From assembly GCA_964426845.1 (NCBI GenBank), contig CAYRSA010000002.1, forward strand, positions 98,495 through 162,494: a stretch of DNA of 64,000 bases. Reading direction: 5' to 3'. The notes under the pieces are model-generated. The model saw only the letters and a list, made by a program, of their open reading frames with translations. It searched no databases and was not told the DNA's origin. The stretch comes from an uncultured Candidatus Saccharibacteria bacterium (GTDB lineage: Bacteria > Patescibacteriota > Saccharimonadia > Saccharimonadales > JAGQNJ01). This document shows, piece after piece, positions 54,206 to 61,741 of the stretch (within the stretch, counting starts at the first letter, position 1; each line of letters starts with the position of its first letter). A program made the translations under genes and the position numbers.

Positions 54206-57172
54206 CTACGGTACTCCTATATGAACATGCGGGCCGGTTGCACCGGTATTGCTGGGTGTATCCAAGAATATGTTAGTGCAGGCCGGTGAAGTACCTCGTG
54301 CGCCACTGGCATATCTCTCGTTAGGTACACCTAGCTCACACCCAGCCGGTAAATAGCCAGCCGCTTCATTGATGAAGGTCTGAACAGTATTGTCGTAGGC
54401 TTCAAAACTCGGCAGCACGACACCATTGATGCCTCTCGACCCGGAGATGTCTGCCGCCTTACCGCGCCAGTGACGACTAGCCGTTCCAGCACCTACAGTG
54501 CTTCCAGTACAACCCCTATGAAGAGAGGTTATCGTAAATGTATTATTCTGGCCGAGCGCGGCGATAACCCTGAGAAGCTCAGGGTCTACATTGTAGTCGG
54601 CATTAACACTTGGACAGGCGCTATTGCCTCCAGCAATGCTTTGAAGTATGCCCAGCGGCTCAGAATCCTTACCAATGTTCGGATTGTCAAGAATGGCTTG
54701 GGCCAGTGAAACAGCATCACCACTTGGCAGTGTGCCATTGCCCCCGCCACCGGCCGTTGACCCACTAGAGAAGCCCAGCTCCGAACAAGAGCTCTCTTCC
54801 ATATCTTCGATACAAGTTAATGACTTCATAGCAATCGTATCGGCAATATAGAAACGGTAGCGCAGGATCTCTTCGTTGGTGTCTTGGCAATCGGGTGGAA
54901 TATCCTCCATTCGCTTGCTATCTAGAGTGGTAAGCACCCCACTCTCGCTAATTGTGGTATTAAAACAGCGCTCGCCATATTTCTCGTTGAGGTTGGCGCC
55001 GTGGTCCAAGCCCCAGCCCTCAACTATGGCAGCATTTTCATAAGGATCATTAAATCGCGTATCTTTTTGTAGATCCATGGCCCATCCGTATTCCGGGAAG
55101 CCATAATCGTATCCAGACGAGTTAACAGCCTGCAGTTTCGGTGAAAATAAGTTTGCAAAGCTACCACCAATTTGATTAAAGATAGTAGTTGGTAGTTGGG
55201 CAAAATGCGTACCTGCCGCTTGCGGACTTGCAAGATTAGGATTTCGTAGAAGAGTTCTAGCTACCAAAGACTCGGGTTCATAAGGATCAAGCAACCGGGA
55301 AAAAGCACTTTTACTCTGCAACTTTACTTTATTGGCAGCTAACCTCTGAGCATCGAGCTGGGCCGTCTGGGTGCCAGAAAGTTCTACTCCACCAGTGCTA
55401 ACCGCCGCATCGTTAGCCATTAAGCGAGCTCCATAGTTAGCGTAGTTACCAAACAGGGCGCCCTGGGCAAACTCATCTAGTTGCTCGCCAGCCAGCCACC
55501 TAGCAAGATCTTCAATGAAGGGCGCGCCGAAGAAGAAGGCGCTTTGGCTCAGCAGCTCAAAGAATAGTGACCCAGGGCCCGCCAAAAAGGCAGAAATAAT
55601 ATCGGCAATATCAAGTATGGGTCCTACAACCGGATTGTTAACAAGATCACATATTTCTTGCAGACCCGGAACGGCAGCAATAAAATCGTCAAGTTGCTTG
55701 AAAAACAATGGTTTCTCCCTGCCGGGTCGACCACTATCTGGCATGTCTGGCCCACTAGGGTTGGCAACGCCCCACTCGGCTTGAATGCTCTTGGCGGCTG
55801 ACCAGCCCAAACCAGTGTCCGGGTCGTACAACCTCATTGACAGAGCGCCTAATTCATCCATATTGAAGCCTTCATTAGCCATAATTTGGCTACCCATGGA
55901 TACAGCCAGTGAACCAGTTCTAATCAGGGGCAGAACAACGTTGGATTGCTGGATTTCTCCAACAGTGTCGCCAAACTGATCAACTGTACAAATTAGAATT
56001 ACCAGACCTACGGCCCCGGCCCCGGCCCGTTGAACGATGTCCTTAATATTGCCAGCCGTGGCATCCGGGTCACCAGGCACTGCTATGCCATCGCCATCAT
56101 CAGCTACTGGCGGCCTGCCATCATCGTCGGGCCGGCGCGAGGGATCGACATCGCTCACCCGCCCAGTATCAATCTGTTCTTGAATCTCTAGATTACGATC
56201 TATGTTTCGTCGCCGGACATCCTGGGCTGTCTCGAATCTTTCTCTAATCATCTCATTGAGCCACTTAAACCCGGCCCCGGCCCGCCGCTTCATCAAACGA
56301 TTTCCCTCCCAGCTACTAACCTTGCTAAGACCGAGAGAGTCCATGGCGGCACTGATAACTTCGTTGCGGATGGTAGTGCCGTCAGGCCCCCTAGTATTGA
56401 TGGTAATCAGACCATCTGCGCCAACAGGCGGCACATCAACATTGCTGGCTCTCAAGGTGATAAGGGCTTGTGCTCCTTCAGGAGTATTTGGATCAATCTG
56501 AAAAGTCTGCATAGCCCGGGTTGCACGGCCGGTGACAGGGTCGCGGTAATCTGGATTAAAGCCAGCCGCACGCAATTTACGCTCATAGATATTGGCAACA
56601 GTGTTGCCAAAGCGGCCCAGGTTGCTATTTTGGGGAGAGCCTCGCCCAAAATAATATAGACGCGAGTAACGGCCGTCCATAAACGACTCATTATTACCAA
56701 AGTGGAAATTCTGTAGATTCTGGGCCAGCTGAAGGAACTGAAACGGGCCGATGCCCAGTAAAAGTACACCGATGGCACCCATGCCAAAGGTAGCGCCTAT
56801 ACCGCCGGCAACTTTCTTGCGACGGGACCAACCACGGATACCCCTACCACCTTCATTATTATACAAGCCTTCATCGCTGTCGGTGGCCTCATCAAGGGCT
56901 TTCTTCTCAGTGTCGGCCGGACCGGAACCCGAGCCACCACTGACTGCCCCGGCTTCTGCAGCAGCCAGGTCTTCACTTTTATGTTGTCGTCGGTGCCGAG
57001 AACCTGGGCCGGCATCACGGTTGCTGGTCCGCCCGGCGCCACCCGGCCGAAAGCCTCCACCACCGGGAGGATTGTCACCTGCAGAACCAGCCCCCTTTTT
57101 GTAGGGCAGATTCTCTTCGGAGTCGTAGTGGCCACCACCACGGGGATTTCGGGTCGGTGTAAAGGTTGCCAT
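54206..57172 (-). CDS. Large bitopic envelope protein with disordered Gly/Arg-rich cytoplasmic N-terminus and C-terminal LAS/M15-type zinc peptidase domain (PrgK/VirB1-position protein)
   Basis: 988 aa with one TM helix (GIGATFGMGAIGVLLLGIGPF). The C-terminus carries SRHWRGKAADI (the SxHxxGxAxD motif, DNA about 54446-54478) and GPHVHIG (HxH). Confidence 0.7.
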   Translation of the reverse strand: MATFTPTRNPRGGGHYDSEENLPYKKGAGSAGDNPPGGGGFRPGGAGRTSNRDAGPGSRHRRQHKSEDLAAAEAGAVSGGSGSGPADTEKKALDEATDSDEGLYNNEGGRGIRGWSRRKKVAGGIGATFGMGAIGVLLLGIGPFQFLQLAQNLQNFHFGNNESFMDGRYSRLYYFGRGSPQNSNLGRFGNTVANIYERKLRAAGFNPDYRDPVTGRATRAMQTFQIDPNTPEGAQALITLRASNVDVPPVGADGLITINTRGPDGTTIRNEVISAAMDSLGLSKVSSWEGNRLMKRRAGAGFKWLNEMIRERFETAQDVRRRNIDRNLEIQEQIDTGRVSDVDPSRRPDDDGRPPVADDGDGIAVPGDPDATAGNIKDIVQRAGAGAVGLVILICTVDQFGDTVGEIQQSNVVLPLIRTGSLAVSMGSQIMANEGFNMDELGALSMRLYDPDTGLGWSAAKSIQAEWGVANPSGPDMPDSGRPGREKPLFFKQLDDFIAAVPGLQEICDLVNNPVVGPILDIADIISAFLAGPGSLFFELLSQSAFFFGAPFIEDLARWLAGEQLDEFAQGALFGNYANYGARLMANDAAVSTGGVELSGTQTAQLDAQRLAANKVKLQSKSAFSRLLDPYEPESLVARTLLRNPNLASPQAAGTHFAQLPTTIFNQIGGSFANLFSPKLQAVNSSGYDYGFPEYGWAMDLQKDTRFNDPYENAAIVEGWGLDHGANLNEKYGERCFNTTISESGVLTTLDSKRMEDIPPDCQDTNEEILRYRFYIADTIAMKSLTCIEDMEESSCSELGFSSGSTAGGGGNGTLPSGDAVSLAQAILDNPNIGKDSEPLGILQSIAGGNSACPSVNADYNVDPELLRVIAALGQNNTFTITSLHRGCTGSTVGAGTASRHWRGKAADISGSRGINGVVLPSFEAYDNTVQTFINEAAGYLPAGCELGVPNERYASGARGTSPACTNIFLDTPSNTGATGPHVHIGVP

Positions 57173-57179
57173 AAGTTAA

Positions 57180-59120
57180 TTACACTCCAGGCGCGGCCCC
57201 AGGTGCCGGTTGGTTGCCAAGGTCGATATTACCGGCTGGGTTATCAATTAAGCCTTCTCGGGCCTCAATGGCTTGGACTTGCCCAGGATTGGTGGTAATC
57301 AAGCCGGTCTCGGTCGGGCTAGCAATAATCTGGATATGAACGTGGTTTTGGCCAGCAAAGAACAAGCCTTGACCAACTGGGAACTGAGTTAAGCGCTTTC
57401 TCTCTTCGTCAGTTAGCTTGAAGACATCAGCCAGAACATCAACGGCCGACGGCGATTGCTTCAACAATAGTTGCATGGAAGCGTTAGCCACAATGGCCCG
57501 GCCCATTCTGGATCCCATAAAGTCTTCGACGTCCTGGGAAATAGTGGTAATACCCAGGTTGTATTTACGAGCTCGTTTGGCCAGCGAGAACATAAAGTTG
57601 GCCGAGTCTTCGTATTTCATCAGTTGCCAAGCCTCATCGATAACCAGCATGCGCCGACGCTGATCGGACTTAGTCCGATTCCAGATGTAGTTCAAGACAA
57701 TATACATAGCCACCGGTCGTAGTTCGTCCTCGAGGTCACGAATGTTAAAGACTACCATCTGATTATCGATGTTGATATTAGATTGCTGGGAGAAAATACC
57801 GGCGAAAGTTCCGGTGGTGTATTTGCGCAACCGTTGCGCCAACTGTGGCCCAGTATTGCCCATGTGCAACAGGGTGTCGTAGAGATCAGCAATGGTTGGC
57901 ACTGGTGAATTGTGGGTTAAGGGGTCGTTGGTGATACCAGCCTTGGCGTAAGTCTCAATCAGGGCCGCGTCCAAATCGGCTTCCTCGACAGGGTTTAGGG
58001 CTGGAGCCACCATGCCACCACTAACTTGGGAAGCTACCATTTGCGATTGAGCTCCGCCCATCATTAAGCGGAATAGTCCATGCAAAGTAATTAGGTTGCT
58101 ACGCAGGGCGTTATCAGCCTCCTCGACGTCAATAACTTTCGGCAGATCAAACGGATTAATCCGAGTAGCCGAGTTAAGGCTTAGGCGGACATAAGCGCCA
58201 CCGACGGCTTCACACATCCGCTGATACTCGTTTTCGGGGTCGATAATAACAATCTCGGTGCCAAACATCATGCTACGCAGAGCTTCTAGCTTAACCGCAA
58301 AAGATTTACCAGCACCGGATTTGGCAAAAACCACGGCGTTACCGTTCTCTAAAGAGAAACGATCAAAAATTACCAAACCGGAGTTGTGCATATTGATGCC
58401 GTACAATACACCGTCGTCTTGGCTAAGGTCGGCGCTAGTGAACGGGAAGCTGGTGCTGATGGCGCCGGTGCTCATGTTACGACGAATCTGCAATTGGTCC
58501 ATGAACTGGGGTACCATGCTGGACAGGCCCTGTTCTTGCTGGGAGGTGGCGGCCTTGGAGTAGACTAACTGTTGACCTAATAACGATTCAATCTTGTGAG
58601 TGACAAAGTCCAGCTCGTCCATACTATTGGCGTAAACGGTGAAGTAAAAGCCAAAACGGAAGAAACGCTCTTCGCCGACCTGCAACTTGTCGCGCATCTC
58701 CTCGGCATCGATAATAGTAGCCTGCTTGCCGGGGTCACGAACCCGGCCGTGCTCGGCATCAATCTGAATGCCAGCTTCCAGCTGACTCACCTTTTTGCGT
58801 AAGTTTTCCAGGACCACTTGGGACTCAACCGGGTAAATGTACATCGACAAGTCGATAATTTCATCGATGTTAATCAGGCTGCTCAGCCAACCAGTGTAGA
58901 GACTCCTGGGATAGCCGAACACGTAGAAAGTCCTAGCAAAGCGAGTACCAATCTGGAAGTAGTTATTCTTTAGTTCAATCGAGCTGGGCGCAATAAAGTC
59001 CCGCAAGGCCGTGACACCCTTTTGAAAGGCTACGTTTACTTCAGCCTCTTCTTGCCGGCGCTGAGCCTCAGCCAAGGCCGCTGGATCGGTTGTAGCCTTC
59101 TTGCCGCCGAATAAGCCCAT
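57180..59120 (-). CDS. virB4: VirB4/TrbE/PrgJ-family type IV secretion ATPase
   Basis: Walker A VFAKSGAGKSFAVK and Walker B RRMLVIDEAWQLM. The N-proximal segment IAPSSIELKNNYFQIGTRFARTFYVFGYPRSLYTGWLSSL is typical of Gram-positive VirB4 homologues. Confidence 0.85.
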   Translation of the reverse strand: MGLFGGKKATTDPAALAEAQRRQEEAEVNVAFQKGVTALRDFIAPSSIELKNNYFQIGTRFARTFYVFGYPRSLYTGWLSSLINIDEIIDLSMYIYPVESQVVLENLRKKVSQLEAGIQIDAEHGRVRDPGKQATIIDAEEMRDKLQVGEERFFRFGFYFTVYANSMDELDFVTHKIESLLGQQLVYSKAATSQQEQGLSSMVPQFMDQLQIRRNMSTGAISTSFPFTSADLSQDDGVLYGINMHNSGLVIFDRFSLENGNAVVFAKSGAGKSFAVKLEALRSMMFGTEIVIIDPENEYQRMCEAVGGAYVRLSLNSATRINPFDLPKVIDVEEADNALRSNLITLHGLFRLMMGGAQSQMVASQVSGGMVAPALNPVEEADLDAALIETYAKAGITNDPLTHNSPVPTIADLYDTLLHMGNTGPQLAQRLRKYTTGTFAGIFSQQSNINIDNQMVVFNIRDLEDELRPVAMYIVLNYIWNRTKSDQRRRMLVIDEAWQLMKYEDSANFMFSLAKRARKYNLGITTISQDVEDFMGSRMGRAIVANASMQLLLKQSPSAVDVLADVFKLTDEERKRLTQFPVGQGLFFAGQNHVHIQIIASPTETGLITTNPGQVQAIEAREGLIDNPAGNIDLGNQPAPGAAPGV

Positions 59121-59932
59121 TAGACCAGCTCCTTATTCAGATGAGGTTGCGGAGCTTGGCCCACACCCTTAGTCACTACTGGCACGGTTAAGCTAGGCAA
59201 GTTAGTTAAATGTTGCCGGGTGGCAGTATCAGGGTTATAGAAGTCGTAGTACAGTTCGATTAATTCCTGGGTGTCTAGTGGTACGCCGGGCACGCTACAC
59301 TGCAGCAAGCCGCCCAGCACTGACTGGACCCGGTTGCGCAGCTCGACCTTGGCATCTTCCAACTCTTTCTCGTTAACCACCACTTTTTCACGCCCCTGTT
59401 TGTTTAGTAATCCGGTTAAGCCGCTGAAAAAGTTCTTACTTTGAGTAATAGCTCGCTGGACGTCTACCTTGGCAAAGAACGGGATCACGATATAGAAAGT
59501 CTTATCCATGATATTGGTCTGGGTGGCCAACTCACTGATGTACTGGATGTAGTCTTCCATCATCAGGGCCAGCAACATATTGTCATGTTCGCTGCGGATT
59601 TTATCCAACTTCTCAATATAGGGCCGAATGTCGACTTTCTGGGACCTAACAAATATCTGTATTGGGAAGTAAAGCGAGTTCAAAAAAGCCTGATAGCCGG
59701 CCTCGACGCCTTCGCGTTCTTGAGGGCTCATCAGGTCGAAGTTAATCGACTTTAGCATCACCACCGATCTGAATGAGCCATCGTTCATAATCACGATGCC
59801 ATCGCGGATCTCGGCGATCTGCAACATATTTTGGGTGCTAGTAGGATTTACCTTAACCTTGGTAGCTTTGGGGTCCTTGGCTGTTGCCCCCCCGGGATTT
59901 GTTTGCGGTGTTTGTGGATTAGAAGGATTCAT
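59120..59932 (-). CDS. T4SS-associated protein resembling the extreme N-terminal domain of Gram-positive VirB4 (possible split VirB4)
   Basis: MLQIAEIRDGIVIMNDGSFRSVVMLKSINFDLMSPQEREGVEAGYQAFLNSLYFPIQIFVRSQKVD resembles the N-termini of Tn916-Orf16/TcpF-like ATPases as I remember them. There is a TAATG one-base overlap with the virB4 start at 59120. Confidence 0.55.
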   Translation of the reverse strand: MNPSNPQTPQTNPGGATAKDPKATKVKVNPTSTQNMLQIAEIRDGIVIMNDGSFRSVVMLKSINFDLMSPQEREGVEAGYQAFLNSLYFPIQIFVRSQKVDIRPYIEKLDKIRSEHDNMLLALMMEDYIQYISELATQTNIMDKTFYIVIPFFAKVDVQRAITQSKNFFSGLTGLLNKQGREKVVVNEKELEDAKVELRNRVQSVLGGLLQCSVPGVPLDTQELIELYYDFYNPDTATRQHLTNLPSLTVPVVTKGVGQAPQPHLNKELV

Positions 59933-59970
59933 TGATTAATCGCCCACCAAGTCATTTTTCTTTTATCAAA

Positions 59971-60894
59971 CTAATGGAGGGAAACCACCACTTCGTTTGC
60001 TTGACCACCGTTATTCCCTGGAGCGACATTGACGTCCAGCTCGTTGGGCGGCGGGGTTGACTTGACTTCTTTCAGTATAGCAGGCGCCGGAGTTTGTGTC
60101 ACCGCTTGTTGGGCAGGACTTGGAGTTGGCGCCGGAGCAGCTTTTACAGCTGGCTGAGCCTGGGTTTTAGGGGCAACTGGTAAGGGTGATGCGACCGGGG
60201 CTGGAGGCGTAGCTGGCAAAGTAGCCAGGTTAGTCTGAGCAGATTTTTGCTGAGCGGCTAGGGTTTGCATCTTTTGCAAAATGGCCTGCCGATGCACCTG
60301 TTCATTCTGGGCTTGCATGGTGCCCATAGTTTGAGCCAGAGGCGTACCAGTTGTATCCAGAACATCCTCGGATGGCTTGACGCTGACTAGGTCATCTTGC
60401 GGTGCTGACTGAATGTCTAGTAATCGATCGGCAGATTGCTGTCCACCTGTGTTATAGCCTGGGGTGTTGAGGTTCTTGACCACCCAACCCCGAGTATCCA
60501 TAGTGGCCGCCAGGGCCTTCAGGCGGCTGGTAGCTTCGACTTTATCGAAGTCTTTAATAGCCGGCTTCTCCACCACCTTGGGGGCAGTAATGGTAACTAG
60601 GTGCTGGATGCCGTCTTGATTCCATATACGATTCCTCGGGAAAATAAAGTACTTAATTTTAGCCAGTAACCACACTTCTGAAGACTGATCGCGACCAAAA
60701 GGTGCCGCCAGCAGGGCGAAGAAAACCAGCGGCGGCAAGAACGGGATAACCAGCAATGGGTGCACGGTTCCAAGTTTGAAACCAACAAAACCCAAGACCA
60801 CTACAATCACAGCATAAATAAACTGGCGCAGACTCAGTGGCCCAAGGAGTTTATCTTCAGCCTCTATATCCTGCAAAATTTTATACGTTGCCAT
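59971..60894 (-). CDS. PrgI-family (VirB3-like) membrane protein with long Pro/Ala/Gln-rich C-terminal extension
   Basis: MATYKILQDIEAEDKLLGPLSLRQFIYAVIVVVLGFVGF plus a second TM helix matches the PrgI family signature (GxLTxRQ). The C-terminus is TLPATPPAPVASPLPVAPKTQAQPAVKAAPAPTPSPAQQ. Confidence 0.65.
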   Translation of the reverse strand: MATYKILQDIEAEDKLLGPLSLRQFIYAVIVVVLGFVGFKLGTVHPLLVIPFLPPLVFFALLAAPFGRDQSSEVWLLAKIKYFIFPRNRIWNQDGIQHLVTITAPKVVEKPAIKDFDKVEATSRLKALAATMDTRGWVVKNLNTPGYNTGGQQSADRLLDIQSAPQDDLVSVKPSEDVLDTTGTPLAQTMGTMQAQNEQVHRQAILQKMQTLAAQQKSAQTNLATLPATPPAPVASPLPVAPKTQAQPAVKAAPAPTPSPAQQAVTQTPAPAILKEVKSTPPPNELDVNVAPGNNGGQANEVVVSLH

Positions 60895-60934
60895 ACGCTA
60901 ACAGTATAATGCTAAAGCTCTAATGAAAAAAGGG

Positions 60935-61702
60935 CTAAGGTGTGGTTCGACGCCGAGCGGCTTTTCTGGCAGTTCGTTCAGCTTGCCGACGGCGTAGTTC
61001 TCGCCAGTGCGGCATTACCGACTGTTCGGCATGCATGCCAGTATAGAAAGCTTCGCGCGTTGCTCTGCGAGATGCTACTCGTTGTTGTGTGCCACGGACG
61101 GCGACCGTTTTATTACCACTAACTCTCGGGGCTGTGCTACGCGTAGCCTTAATGCGGAGTTTTTCTGCTTTAAGCTCACCTAATGTGATTTCACCCCGTT
61201 TGTATCGGCCGGCCGCTTCACTTTTCCGAGCACTCTGAGAGATCATGGGGCGTATACCGTGTGCTTGTGATGGCTTAAGTCCTTCGTTATCTCTCCTGAC
61301 TCGTTTTAAGGCCAATTTATCAAGTCGCTTATCAACTACTCGGTCGACTCGTCGCTCTAGCCACGTCTGAGGGGCTACCCTAGTGACGCTATCTTCAGGC
61401 TGGCCATCAAGTACAGCCAAGGCTACAGCTCCAAGAGAACTGTAGAACTCGTCTTTGCGGTCCATGCGGTCAATAGTGCGCTCGGCACGAGCTCCTCGCC
61501 ACTGAAGATTTCTGTCATAGGCCTCAGTTAACCTGTCTTTACTAAACTGGACACCTCTGTTTACTAAGCGGCCCCCTGCTTCAACTACCCTAGTTAAGCC
61601 ATCTAAGCTAATCCTACCGGCATCACCGGTGAGCAAAAGCTCTTGAGTCGGTGGGTGTTCGACCGGTGTGAATGCTTCTTTAGTAGCAGAAATAGCTTCC
61701 AT
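60935..61702 (-). CDS. Hypothetical highly basic Arg-rich soluble protein inside the T4SS-like operon
   Basis: 255 aa with no TM segment. It contains many R/K runs (KRVRRDNEG, RVASRRATREA, RRRQAERTARKAARRRTTP). Confidence 0.6.
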   Translation of the reverse strand: MEAISATKEAFTPVEHPPTQELLLTGDAGRISLDGLTRVVEAGGRLVNRGVQFSKDRLTEAYDRNLQWRGARAERTIDRMDRKDEFYSSLGAVALAVLDGQPEDSVTRVAPQTWLERRVDRVVDKRLDKLALKRVRRDNEGLKPSQAHGIRPMISQSARKSEAAGRYKRGEITLGELKAEKLRIKATRSTAPRVSGNKTVAVRGTQQRVASRRATREAFYTGMHAEQSVMPHWRELRRRQAERTARKAARRRTTP

Positions 61703-61708
61703 TCCTAC

Positions 61709-61737
61709 ACTATAACATACAGTTGACTTTAATTCAA
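61709..61737 (-). promoter_or_regulatory. Near-consensus promoter TTGAAT - 17 nt - TATAGT, 6 nt upstream of the ATG at 61702 (leaderless-type arrangement)
   Basis: The reverse complement of attcaa (61732-61737) is TTGAAT, and the reverse complement of actata (61709-61714) is TATAGT. The spacer is 17 nt. Confidence 0.5.
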
Positions 61738-61741
61738 GAGC

